Positions 41,579-50,990 of a DNA stretch of 64,000 nt are shown here, piece by piece (within the stretch, counting starts at the first letter, position 1; each line of letters begins with the position of its first letter). This DNA is from Escherichia coli (lineage in GTDB: Bacteria > Pseudomonadota > Gammaproteobacteria > Enterobacterales > Enterobacteriaceae). A program made the position numbers and the translations under genes. The stretch is taken from NCBI RefSeq assembly GCF_030013595.1, contig NZ_CP122768.1; one strand, written 5' to 3'. The notes beneath the pieces are model-generated. The model made no database searches. It had not been told where the DNA came from and worked only from the letters and a program-made list of their open reading frames with translations.

Positions 41579-42724
41579 TTAGCGACCGCCCATAATGGCA
41601 ATGTAATCCTGCGTCCAGCGACTGTAGGGAACAAACTTGCCCCCTTCTGCTATAGGCGTTTTCCAGAAGGCGATTTTATCGAAATAGTTAAAACCGTTGG
41701 TTTCACAACCTTTTTCGCCTAATAACGGACTGGCTTTACACCCTTCCGGCACTACCGGTAACGAGCCAAACCAGGCCGCCACATCGCCCTGCACTTTTGG
41801 CGTTAATGACCAGTTCATCCATTTGTAGGCGCAAACCGGATGTTTCGCTTCACTATGTAGCATGGTGGTGTCAGCCCAACCGGTAACGCCCTCTTTCGGG
41901 AATACGGTCGCGACAGGCTGGCCTTCGGCTTTCAGGGCGTTGGCCTGATAGGGCCATGCACTGGAAGCAACCACACCCTCGTTTTTGAAATCGCTCATTT
42001 GCACGGTAGTGTCATGCCAGTAGCGATGGATCAAACTATGTTGATCGCGCAGCACTTTCAGCACCGCCTGGTACTGTTCTTCGGTGAGTTGATACGGATC
42101 GCTGATGCCCAACTGCGGCTGAGTGGCTTTAACGAACAACGCAGCGTCCGCAATGTAGATAGGGCCATCATAAGCCTGGACGCGGCCTTTATTGCTCTTG
42201 CCGTCCGGCAGATTCTGCTCAACAAAAACCACTTGCCAGCTATCCGGCGGCGTCGGGAAGGTTTTAGTGTTGTACATCAGCAGGTTCGGCCCCCATTGGT
42301 AAGGTGTGCCGTAAACTTTGCCGCCAACGTTAAACCAGTCGCCTTTAACCACGCGCGGATCGAGCGCTTTCCAGTTGGGAATCAAGGCAGTATTAATCGG
42401 CTGCACGCGTTTGCCCATAATCAAACGCAGCGAGGCATCGCCAGATGCCGTAACCAGATCGTAACCCCCTTTGGTCATCAGACTGACCATTTCATCGGAA
42501 GTCGCGGCGGTTTTCACATTCACCGCGCAGCCTGTCTCTTTTTCGAATTGCGTTACCCAGTCGTATTGTTTATCAGTTTGTCCGCGTTCGATGTATCCCG
42601 GCCAGGCGATAATATCCAGTCGCCCTTCCGGTTTATCTAAATTGGTAGGCGGTTCGGCGGCGTGAGCGGTCATTATTGTCATGGTGAGCGCACACAGGCT
42701 GCTGCGGGCAAATGTCTTGCTCAT
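41579..42724 (-). CDS. ydcS: Periplasmic polyamine-type substrate-binding protein YdcS
   Basis: 381 aa with signal peptide; PotD/PotF-like. Confidence 0.85.
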   Translation of the reverse strand: MSKTFARSSLCALTMTIMTAHAAEPPTNLDKPEGRLDIIAWPGYIERGQTDKQYDWVTQFEKETGCAVNVKTAATSDEMVSLMTKGGYDLVTASGDASLRLIMGKRVQPINTALIPNWKALDPRVVKGDWFNVGGKVYGTPYQWGPNLLMYNTKTFPTPPDSWQVVFVEQNLPDGKSNKGRVQAYDGPIYIADAALFVKATQPQLGISDPYQLTEEQYQAVLKVLRDQHSLIHRYWHDTTVQMSDFKNEGVVASSAWPYQANALKAEGQPVATVFPKEGVTGWADTTMLHSEAKHPVCAYKWMNWSLTPKVQGDVAAWFGSLPVVPEGCKASPLLGEKGCETNGFNYFDKIAFWKTPIAEGGKFVPYSRWTQDYIAIMGGR

Positions 42725-42968
42725 AAGGTCTTACTCCTGTCGTAATTAATTGTTCAGCCGCCGTGCCGTAAAAATATCTCCTTGTTTAACCATAGACGGC
42801 GGCTTGCAGGCACACCTTCGCCCCTGAGAAAATTTAATCAGGTTGTGAGCTACCGTGCATTATGCCGTCTGTAAGGTTATCTTCTGGAGTATAGACAAGG
42901 AGTTAGGAAATATGACTGCTATTCGAAATTCATATTACTTAACCTGAGAGGAATTAAATTAAACGCTA

Positions 42969-44375
42969 TTACAGCCGTTCTTGAATAAGTTTGCCTAATT
43001 GTTTAACCGCCTGTTCTTCACGTTCTCCCCACTGCCACGCGGTATTAAAACGGAAAAAACGTGACCAGTTTTCACCGGTAGAAAACATTTTACCCGGCGC
43101 AATACTGATATGATGCGCCAGTGCCGCCAGGCTTAATTCGCCCGCATCTAACGGTTCGGGAAGCTCCAGCCAGAGAAAATAACCGCTGTCATTATGATGA
43201 ATTTTCACTTCCGCAGGCAGATAACGCAGCAGTGCTTGCCAGGCACGTTGTTTACGTTCCGCAAGCTGGCGACGCAGGCGACGAAGATGGGCGTCGTATC
43301 GGCGCGTGGAAAGGTAATCCACCAGAGCAAGCTGCATCGGTGAGCTGGTGGAAAGCGTACTCATCAACTGCAAGCGTTGAATTTTACGTGCATGTTTTCC
43401 GGCGGCGACCCAACCAATACGAAAACCAGGCACCAGACATTTCGAAAACGAAGAGCAATGCAAAACACCATCGTGGTGATCCCACGCTTTCGCAGGCAGC
43501 GGTTTTTCCCGTCCAAAATAAAGTTCGCTGTAAACGTCATCTTCAATCAGCGTTACGTTGTACTGATTGAGCAACGCTACCAGCCGCGCTTTTTTCTGCG
43601 GCGTTAAGGTAAATCCGAGTGGATTCTGGCTATTAGTCATCAGCCAGCACGCTTTCACTGGATACTCCTGCAACGCCAGTTCCAGCGCCTTGAGATCAAT
43701 CCCTTCTTTAACGTCCGTCGCCACCGATAACGCCTTCAGCCGTAACCGCTCCAGCGCCTGCAACGCGCCGTAGAAACAAGGATTCTCTACTATCACCCAA
43801 TCGCCCGGTTCAGTGACCGCTTGTAAACTGAGGTTTAATGCCTCTAACGCCCCGGCGGTAATGACAATTTCATCAGGAGAAATAGTGATGCCCTGTAAGG
43901 CATAGCGACGAGCAATAGCCTGACGCAGTTCTGCGTTTCCTGGCGGTAAGTTTTCAATCACGCTCATCGCCGTGGCGGTTTTGCTTACCTGCGCCAGCGA
44001 GCGGTTTAGTTGTTGGAGGGGGAAAAGTCGCGGGTCGGGAAAGGCCGAGGCAAACGGAACTACCGACGGATCGCGACTGGCCTGCAACATATCAAAAATA
44101 TAGGTGTTGATATCGACTGCTTCATCTCGAGTGACAGGAATGACTGGCGCTTTCGGCATTTTTATTGCCTGTGGCGCAACGTAATAACCCGACTGCGGTC
44201 GAGCGATAATATGTCCCTGACTTTCGAGCAACTGATAGGCATGGCTGACAGTCATAAAGCTCATGCCAGAAAGCGCCACCTGGTCACGCAACGAAGGCAA
44301 ACGATCGCCAGGTTGCCAGATACCCGACGCAATCTGCTCGCGTAATTGTTCTGCAAGCTGCTGGTATTTTTTCAT
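42969..44375 (-). CDS. ydcR: MocR/GntR-family regulator with aminotransferase domain YdcR
   Basis: 468 aa; N-terminal HTH plus PLP-dependent aminotransferase-like domain. Confidence 0.85.
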   Translation of the reverse strand: MKKYQQLAEQLREQIASGIWQPGDRLPSLRDQVALSGMSFMTVSHAYQLLESQGHIIARPQSGYYVAPQAIKMPKAPVIPVTRDEAVDINTYIFDMLQASRDPSVVPFASAFPDPRLFPLQQLNRSLAQVSKTATAMSVIENLPPGNAELRQAIARRYALQGITISPDEIVITAGALEALNLSLQAVTEPGDWVIVENPCFYGALQALERLRLKALSVATDVKEGIDLKALELALQEYPVKACWLMTNSQNPLGFTLTPQKKARLVALLNQYNVTLIEDDVYSELYFGREKPLPAKAWDHHDGVLHCSSFSKCLVPGFRIGWVAAGKHARKIQRLQLMSTLSTSSPMQLALVDYLSTRRYDAHLRRLRRQLAERKQRAWQALLRYLPAEVKIHHNDSGYFLWLELPEPLDAGELSLAALAHHISIAPGKMFSTGENWSRFFRFNTAWQWGEREEQAVKQLGKLIQERL

Positions 44376-44453
44376 TATCGAATCGTAATTATGTGCAGAT
44401 GATTCGGCAGTCTATATCAGTTGTTAAAAATGACAACTTTTCGTTAACTGTAA

Positions 44454-44558
<105 letters not shown>

Positions 44559-44573
44559 TTTAGGTTTCCCTAA

Positions 44574-44579
44574 TATAAT
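44574..44579 (+). promoter_or_regulatory. Candidate -10 hexamer (TATAAT) upstream of the first moron gene
   Basis: Perfect TATAAT about 30 nt upstream of ATG 44610; -35 not convincing. Confidence 0.3.
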
Positions 44580-44609
44580 GCCCCCACAATAACACGAGGG
44601 GGTACAACA

Positions 44610-44996
44610 ATGTTCAATATCATGATTCGTAAATTTGGCGAGATGACTTTCGAGAAAGCTGGTGTTGCTCGTACCGAAGAAGAAGCAATGGCCTTAGTTC
44701 TGGTAGCACTGAGATCATCACCTGAGATTATCGACGCTGAATATGTAGCTGCTGAGGGTGAGATTAAAGAGATTAAAGCGGTGGCTAAGGAATTAGGTGT
44801 TAAAGGTTTCCGTAAGCTGAGATTGAATCGTGAGACTTATGTAATTGGACAGCAAGGACAATACCTAGATGAGAATACCGTGATTGTTCTACTGAATAAG
44901 ATTACCCGCTACGGTTGGAAGATTGAGCAATATAAAACGTGTTTCGAATTATACGAAAAAGGTTTGCTGGATACTCTGACCATCGTTCGCGCTTAA
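44610..44996 (+). CDS. Hypothetical protein, prophage moron
   Basis: 128 aa, strong RBS (gaggggg), own terminator downstream; no family recognised. Confidence 0.6.
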   Translation: MFNIMIRKFGEMTFEKAGVARTEEEAMALVLVALRSSPEIIDAEYVAAEGEIKEIKAVAKELGVKGFRKLRLNRETYVIGQQGQYLDENTVIVLLNKITRYGWKIEQYKTCFELYEKGLLDTLTIVRA

Positions 44997-45010
44997 TTAA
45001 TTTCTAATTT

Positions 45011-45037
45011 GGTGGGTGTAATTCCCACCGCTTTTTA
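45011..45037 (+). terminator. Rho-independent terminator
   Basis: ggtggg tgtaatt cccacc followed by GCTTTTT. Confidence 0.65.
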
Positions 45038-45053
45038 AACTGGAGAATCAAAC

Positions 45054-45134
45054 ATGTTAGCTTTTATCTCATTCGTGGGAGGTAGTCTCACAACTATGAT
45101 TAGTCTTTCTTATCTTGTCGTTAGTATGGGGTGA
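45054..45134 (+). CDS. Small hydrophobic peptide (26 aa)
   Basis: MLAFISFVGGSLTTMISLSYLVVSMG; GGAG RBS; below the ORF-track length cut-off. Confidence 0.3.
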   Translation: MLAFISFVGGSLTTMISLSYLVVSMG

Positions 45135-45137
45135 GCA

Positions 45138-45263
45138 ATGAAACAATTTCATGATGGCATTTCATCTAAGACATTCAAGAAAGAATATAGCGGATTGTGT
45201 ATTAACTGGATTGATTTGATTGGTGCGGTTGTGTTTGGTCTGGTAATTAGCATCAATTTTTAA
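45138..45263 (+). CDS. Small membrane peptide (41 aa) with C-terminal TM segment
   Basis: MKQFHDGISSKTFKKEYSGLCINWIDLIGAVVFGLVISINF; starts 3 nt after the previous small ORF. Confidence 0.35.
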   Translation: MKQFHDGISSKTFKKEYSGLCINWIDLIGAVVFGLVISINF

Positions 45264-45304
45264 CGATATAAATATATCGTAATTCATTCAAAGAGGATTC
45301 AATT

Positions 45305-45646
45305 ATGAAAAAGACTATCTACGCAATTATTGTTTCTGTGTGTGTTGGTGGCATCGGTGGATTTGTTTGTGGGTATGACTATTCCGATACTCAACATCAA
45401 GAGACTATCCGGTCAAATAAGGCCGAGATTAAGGATCTGAATCAGGAGATTAGCCAGTTAGAAAATGCTCTCTCACTCAAAGACAGTGAATATAGCGAGG
45501 TTTATGCAGATAAACAAAAATATTGGAAAGAGAAAGATAATCTCGTTGTTTACGGGATGAAATTGTGTAAGAGCATGAAGGACGAGCGCAGTTGTTTAAT
45601 GGAACTTGCCCTTAAAGGTAACGTGACCATCGACTTCAAAGACTAA
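45305..45646 (+). CDS. Membrane-anchored coiled-coil protein
   Basis: N-terminal TM (IYAIIVSVCVGGIGGFVCG) then coiled-coil-like region; AGAGGA RBS. Confidence 0.55.
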   Translation: MKKTIYAIIVSVCVGGIGGFVCGYDYSDTQHQETIRSNKAEIKDLNQEISQLENALSLKDSEYSEVYADKQKYWKEKDNLVVYGMKLCKSMKDERSCLMELALKGNVTIDFKD

Positions 45647-45675
45647 TTAATTCAAATAACAAAGAGGATTCTATT

Positions 45676-45921
45676 ATGAAAAAGATTATCGCTGGTATCG
45701 TTCTTGCTCTGGGTTTGGTTGGTGCTGCAAATGCCGAACAATATGTACAGGGTGATAGTGTCAAGCGTGCTGCCGTTGCACCTTCTTTAAATCAACTGTG
45801 TACTGAATTAGCACAGGTTGCCGGAGTTGGTGACGATGACGACTTTATTACTGCGTGTGTGTGGAGTCATATCGAGGATATTAATAAACGTGATGCAAAA
45901 CTAACTGGAAAGAAATATTAA
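45676..45921 (+). CDS. Small secreted protein (signal peptide, two Cys)
   Basis: MKKIIAGIVLALGLVGAANA/EQY...; RBS context near-identical to the previous gene. Confidence 0.55.
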   Translation: MKKIIAGIVLALGLVGAANAEQYVQGDSVKRAAVAPSLNQLCTELAQVAGVGDDDDFITACVWSHIEDINKRDAKLTGKKY

Positions 45922-45932
45922 TGACTTACTAA

Positions 45933-45975
45933 CCAATGCCCCTATCGTTATAATACACGGTAGGGGCGTTTTTGT
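45933..45975 (+). terminator. Rho-independent terminator before the recombinase gene
   Basis: ccccta ... tagggg stem followed by CGTTTTTGTTTGG. Confidence 0.55.
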
Positions 45976-45986
45976 TTGGAAATGGT

Positions 45987-47666
45987 ATGAAAACTAAACT
46001 ATATTCGTATATTCGCTTCTCGTCTATGCGTCAGAATGATGGTTCGAGTTATGAACGGCAAATCAGGATGGCGAGAGAGGTTGCGGCAAAGTATGACCTT
46101 GAACTGGTAAATGATTATCAGGATCTGGGTGTATCTGCGTTTAAGGGTGCTAACTCTAAAACAGGGGCGCTATCTCGTTTCCTTGATGCAATTGGTAGAT
46201 CCGTTCCTGTTGGTAGCTGGCTATTCATTGAAAACTTGGACCGCTTATCCCGTGCCGATATTGTCAGTGCGCAGGAGTTATTCCTTTCAATCATCCGTAG
46301 GGGAATAACCATTGTTACTGGCATGGATAACAAGATCTACTCGCTGGATACTGTTACCGCTAATCCGATGGACCTGATGTTCTCCATCCTTCTATTCATC
46401 CGTGGTAATGAGGAAAGTCAGACTAAGCGCAATCGTACTAACTCAAGCGCATTGATTAAGATTAAAGCTCATCAAGAAAATCCCCAGAATCCGGCAGTGG
46501 CAATCGAGGAAGTTGGAAAGAATATGTGGTGGACTGATACCACATCTGGTTATGTGCTTCCTCATCCGGTCTTCTTCCCTATTGTTCAGGAAGTTGTGGA
46601 ATTACGCAGGAATGGACGGTCAACCGCCGAGATACTGGATCACCTTAACGCGACATACACACCACCACCAGCCGCAAGTCACAAGAGGCATTCAAACTGG
46701 TCACGGGCAATGATTGAAAGGTTGTTCCATACCCGCGCTTTGATTGGTATCAAGGAAATCTCTGTAGATGGCGTTAAGTATGAGTTAAAGGATTATTATC
46801 CTCGTGTGCTAGATGACGCTGAGTTTTATCACCTTAAGAAAAGCATTGGTGTTAGAGCATGTAACTATGGAGACAAGGAAGAAGTTAAACCGATCCCCCT
46901 GCTTAGTGGTGTTAATCTGCTGAAATGTGATCATTGCGGTTCCGCTATGGTTAAGGTGAAAGGAACAAACAGACGGCCTAACCAATATCGTTATTCATGC
47001 GATGCAATGCGCTCTAGTCGTATTGAATGTGTGCATACAAACTGGAGTTTTCGCGGCGACCAATTAGAGAAAGCTGTATTGCAATTGCTGGCTGATAAAA
47101 TCTGGATTGCTGAAGATAAGGCTAATCCGGTTCCGGCTTTGAAAGTACAGATTGATGAAATATCACGCAAGATTGATAACCTGATTGCCCTTTCTGCTAT
47201 GACAGGAGCAACGAAGGAGCTAGCCGATCAGATTACTACCCTCAATAGCGAGCGTGAAACACTCTACAATCAGATCAAGATGGCAGAAGAGGAAATGTAT
47301 TCTGTGGACTCTCAAGGCTGGGAGAAGCTCGCAGAATTTGATTTAGAAGATGTTTACAACGAGGATCGCATTAAGGTCCGGTTTAAGATTAAGCAAGCTC
47401 TAAAACGGATCGGGTGTAGCAGGATTGACAAGTACAAAAACTTGTTTGTACTGGAATACATCGATGGCAAGACCCAGAGAGTTGTAATAGAAAATTCAAG
47501 AGGACCGAGGAAAGGCCGGATCTTCGTTGATTTGAAGACTATCAATGATAGGCAGATTCTGGAGAGTAACGGGCTTGTTCTGCATCCATGTTTAGACATG
47601 CTGACAGATAAGAACTGGAAACCAGAAGAGGAAATACCAGGTCCATTACAGGAATTTGGAATTTAA
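45987..47666 (+). CDS. Large serine recombinase (probable prophage integrase)
   Basis: ATG at 45987 (track start 45972 is TTG); N-terminal resolvase catalytic region (LYSYIRFSSMRQ), zinc-ribbon-like Cys cluster, C-terminal coiled coil. Confidence 0.8.
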   Translation: MKTKLYSYIRFSSMRQNDGSSYERQIRMAREVAAKYDLELVNDYQDLGVSAFKGANSKTGALSRFLDAIGRSVPVGSWLFIENLDRLSRADIVSAQELFLSIIRRGITIVTGMDNKIYSLDTVTANPMDLMFSILLFIRGNEESQTKRNRTNSSALIKIKAHQENPQNPAVAIEEVGKNMWWTDTTSGYVLPHPVFFPIVQEVVELRRNGRSTAEILDHLNATYTPPPAASHKRHSNWSRAMIERLFHTRALIGIKEISVDGVKYELKDYYPRVLDDAEFYHLKKSIGVRACNYGDKEEVKPIPLLSGVNLLKCDHCGSAMVKVKGTNRRPNQYRYSCDAMRSSRIECVHTNWSFRGDQLEKAVLQLLADKIWIAEDKANPVPALKVQIDEISRKIDNLIALSAMTGATKELADQITTLNSERETLYNQIKMAEEEMYSVDSQGWEKLAEFDLEDVYNEDRIKVRFKIKQALKRIGCSRIDKYKNLFVLEYIDGKTQRVVIENSRGPRKGRIFVDLKTINDRQILESNGLVLHPCLDMLTDKNWKPEEEIPGPLQEFGI

Positions 47667-47703
47667 GCGGCCTAAATCGACGTATAACGAGCTAAAACAG
47701 TTA

Positions 47704-47727
47704 AGGGGTACAGATGTACCCCTTTTT
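47704..47727 (+). terminator. Rho-independent terminator after the recombinase gene
   Basis: aggggtac agat gtacccct followed by TTTTT. Confidence 0.75.
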
Positions 47728-48245
47728 AATTTAATTGCGTTAGGCAGCGTAAGCAAGTTTCATAGTAGTTTCCTCTAAAATAATAAGTTCACTACTATTT
47801 ATCAGAGAAAATTGTCTTACTATTGCATTCTCTATCTGGATGTGGGTATAGGCGGGATTGAATACGGCAAAACTGAAACATTCCACTACTGCAATAAATC
47901 ACTAAACAATATAAAGAATATTGCAAGTGTGGAGTGGAACTAATGCAAGATATTAAAATTCATTTTCAAGATTACAGTTTCGTTAAGGTTGATTGCTCTC
48001 CTTCTATCGGAATGGAATTAAGAGATTATTTCTCGTTTGAGGTTGAAGGGGCTAGGTTTAGCCCCCGTTACAAGTATTCTGGCTGGGATGGACGAATAAG
48101 ACTGTTTACGCATGAAAACACCCTACCAATTGGACTATTAAAAACGTTGGGTGTCTTCGTTAAAAATATGGGCTATTCAGTCTGGATTGACCCCAGATTG
48201 CTTGAGAAGGAAGATGTAACCAAAGACGCGATTAATGAATGGATT

Positions 48246-48254
48246 GATTCCTTA
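48246..48254. repeat. IS1 target-site duplication, left copy (gattcctta)
   Basis: Identical 9-mer at 49022-49030. Confidence 0.85.
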
Positions 48255-48309
48255 GGTGATGCTGCCAACTTACTGATTTAGTGTATGATGGTGTTTTTGA
48301 GGTGCTCCA

Positions 48310-48585
48310 GTGGCTTCTGTTTCTATCAGCTGTCCCTCCTGTTCAGCTACTGACGGGGTGGTGCGTAACGGCAAAAGCACCGCCGGACATCAGCGCTATC
48401 TCTGCTCTCACTGCCGTAAAACATGGCAACTACAGTTCACTTACGCCGCCTCTCAGCCCGGTACGCACCAGAAAATCATTGATATGGCCATGAATGGCGT
48501 CGGATGTCGCGCCAGTGCACGCATTATTGGCGTTGGCCTCAACACGATTTTCCGCCACTTAAAAAACTCAGGCCGCAGTCGGTAA
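48310..48585 (+). CDS. insA: IS1 InsA
   Basis: [43 protein letters not shown]. Confidence 0.9.
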   Translation: MASVSISCPSCSATDGVVRNGKSTAGHQRYLCSHCRKTWQLQFTYAASQPGTHQKIIDMAMNGVGCRASARIIGVGLNTIFRHLKNSGRSR

Positions 48586-49007
48586 CCTCGCGCATACAAC
48601 CGGGCAGTGATGTGATTGTCTGCGCTGAAATGGACGAACAGTGGGGCTACGTCGGTGCTAAATCACGTCAGCGCTGGCTGTTTTACGCGTATGACAGGAT
48701 GCGGAGGACGGTTGTGGCGCACGTCTTCGGTGAACGCACTCTGGCCACACTGGAGCGTCTTCTGAGCCTGCTGTCGGCCTTTGAGGTCGTGGTATGGATG
48801 ACGGATGGCTGGCCGCTGTATGAATCACGCCTGAAGGGAAAGCTGCACGTTATCAGCAAGCGTTATACTCAGCGCATTGAGCGGCATAACCTGAATCTGA
48901 GACAACATCTGGCAAGGCTGGGACGGAAGTCACTGTCGTTCTCAAAATCGGTGGAGCTGCATGACAAGGTCATCGGGCATTATCTGAACATAAAACACTA
49001 TCAGTAA
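48504..49007 (+). CDS. insB: IS1 InsB reading frame (expressed as InsAB by frameshift)
   Basis: Overlaps insA in the -1 frame; IS1 transposase C-terminal portion. Confidence 0.85.
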   Translation: MSRQCTHYWRWPQHDFPPLKKLRPQSVTSRIQPGSDVIVCAEMDEQWGYVGAKSRQRWLFYAYDRMRRTVVAHVFGERTLATLERLLSLLSAFEVVVWMTDGWPLYESRLKGKLHVISKRYTQRIERHNLNLRQHLARLGRKSLSFSKSVELHDKVIGHYLNIKHYQ

Positions 49008-49021
49008 GTTGGAGTCATTAC

Positions 49022-49030
49022 CGATTCCTT
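49022..49030. repeat. IS1 target-site duplication, right copy (gattcctta)
   Basis: Identical 9-mer at 48246-48254. Confidence 0.85.
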
Positions 49031-50211
49031 AGAAGTGTATTCCGGTAGCAATAAAATCAATCCTTATTGGTATCAAAGGGAGGCAGTCTTTCAGGGTATC
49101 CACAATCGCCGTAGAATGCTGGTTCTTCCTACCAGTGCCGGAAAGTCATTGATTGCTTGTATGCTGTCTCGTTGGTACTTAGAGAACTACACCGGAAAAG
49201 TGTTAATCATTGTTCCGACTACATCGCTAGTGGTTCAAATGAGGGATGATTTCATCGATTATAGGCTATTCCCTTATGAAGCAATTCATACAATGATGAG
49301 TGGTAGCGGGAAACATCCGGGAGACAGGTTAATCACGGTTAGTACCTGGCAATCAGCTTGCAAGATGCCTCCTGAATGGTTCCGACAATATGGAATGTTG
49401 ATAGTTGATGAATCGCATAAGGCTAGTGCCAAAAATATTACCAATATCATCAATGGAATGAATCATTGCCAATTTAAGATCGGCATGACTGGTTCCCCGA
49501 AAGAATCAAAGTGCCATTTAATGCAGTATGTCGGGCTTTTCGGTGATATTTCTAAGATCGTGAGTATTGACCGCCTGATGGAAGAAGGGCAGGTGACAAA
49601 ACTGAAAATTAACTGTCTTTTCCTTCGTTATACAGATGAGGAATGTAGCGCGGTTAAGGGGCGAGAATATGCGGAAGAGATCAAGTATATTACGTCTAAC
49701 CCACGACGAAATAAGTTTGCTTGTAATTTGGCGCTAAAACTAGCTAAGAAGGGCGAAAACGTATTCCTGATGTTCCGCAATACTAAGCACGGAAAACTTA
49801 TGTATGATGCGTTACAGAAGGTACACGACAAGGTTTATTATATTGACGGTGGAGTTAAGACAGAAGAACGTGATGAATTTAAGAAAATGGCGGAGGGTGA
49901 CACCGGGATCATTTGCGTTGCATCCTATGGTGTGTTCTCTACTGGTGTTTCAATTAAGAATTTGCATCATGTTATTTTCGGTCATCCAGTGAAGGAATCA
50001 ACTATCGTTCGTCAGAGTATCGGTCGTGCATTGCGTAAACATGGTTCTAAGGATATTGCAACGGTCTGGGATCTTATAGATCATCTGTGTATATTCGGTC
50101 GTAACGGAAAAGTCAAGCATAAAAATTATGCGGTAAAACATGCACTTGAGAGAATCCGCTATTATCTAACCGACAAGTTCAGCTATGCAACTAAAACAAT
50201 TGCTATATAAC

Positions 50212-50244
50212 AAAAAAGCGCCCACTAGAGGCGCTTTAATTTTA
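50212..50244. terminator. Bidirectional hairpin terminator between the convergent helicase and M15 peptidase genes
   Basis: aagcgcc cactaga ggcgctt, A-run upstream and T-rich downstream. Confidence 0.6.
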
Positions 50245-50595
50245 TCCATTCCATCGTGATTTTTTCGATCTGGAATCGATATGCGTAAAGGTTTTATATT
50301 TGCCTAAGCCGTATTGAGTAGGATATTTCCCATCAAGATAAGCATGGACAATATCAGGGGAGACACCCTTGATCACAATGTCAGCCGCACGGCCTCGAAC
50401 GTGATAGCTGTTGGTTGCACCGCCTACATTCTTGTTATGAGTCGGGCAACGGTTGCCACTGTTAATAATCACTGGTTTACCGAAGTGCTCTCGTACATCC
50501 TCAAGAATTACCAGTAATTCAGCGTCGATTGTATCATAATCACATTTTCCGCATTTACATTTAAATTCCTTGCGAGAAAAATGCTTACTTAACAT
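50242..50595 (-). CDS. Peptidase M15-family (zinc D-Ala-D-Ala carboxypeptidase fold) protein, possible phage cell-wall hydrolase
   Basis: 117 aa with SYHVRGRAADI and HxH-type motif; GGGGG RBS. Confidence 0.6.
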   Translation of the reverse strand: MLSKHFSRKEFKCKCGKCDYDTIDAELLVILEDVREHFGKPVIINSGNRCPTHNKNVGGATNSYHVRGRAADIVIKGVSPDIVHAYLDGKYPTQYGLGKYKTFTHIDSRSKKSRWNG

Positions 50596-50604
50596 ATTAC
50601 CCCC

Positions 50605-50952
50605 TTAGATCATTTCGAAGATATAACCAATAAAGCGCATACCCTTGATATAATAAGGAGCAGTGCCTACACACACCGCGCGTGCATCGCCCAGACAGTT
50701 AAAGCTATAAGGATTAACTACATCGACTTCTTGCCCTACACGAAAACGATATTTAGGACGTTTAGCCAATGTAGCGACACAAAACACGGTCCCTTTTTCA
50801 TGATCGCGGATACATTCTTTATATTGTTTATGTTTAACTCTCTTCGCCTCAAAATCATGTGTCATGGATTCTGGGCTAATGCCATTGATAAAAATACCGG
50901 AAAGCTGGTCGACCGGATAAGTAGGAAATTCAGTAAAAATATTTTTAGCCAT
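50605..50952 (-). CDS. Hypothetical phage protein
   Basis: 115 aa, GGGGG RBS, no recognisable family. Confidence 0.5.
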   Translation of the reverse strand: MAKNIFTEFPTYPVDQLSGIFINGISPESMTHDFEAKRVKHKQYKECIRDHEKGTVFCVATLAKRPKYRFRVGQEVDVVNPYSFNCLGDARAVCVGTAPYYIKGMRFIGYIFEMI

Positions 50953-50990
50953 GTTATACCCCCATAAGATTCTATGAGGGTATTTATTGA

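Larger units (their letters stand above)
48255..49021 (+). mobile_element. IS1 insertion sequence
   Basis: Ends GGTGATGCTGCCAACTTACTGAT ... AAGTTGGAGTCATTACC; insA and insB inside; flanked by 9-bp direct repeats. Confidence 0.9.
47943..50210 (+). pseudogene. UvsW-like SF2 helicase gene interrupted by IS1
   Basis: N-terminal part MQDIKIHFQDYSFVKVDCSP...NEWIDSL and C-terminal part EVYSGSNKINPYWYQREAVF...DESH...QSIGRALR are colinear with phage T4 UvsW; IS1 lies between them. Confidence 0.8.
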
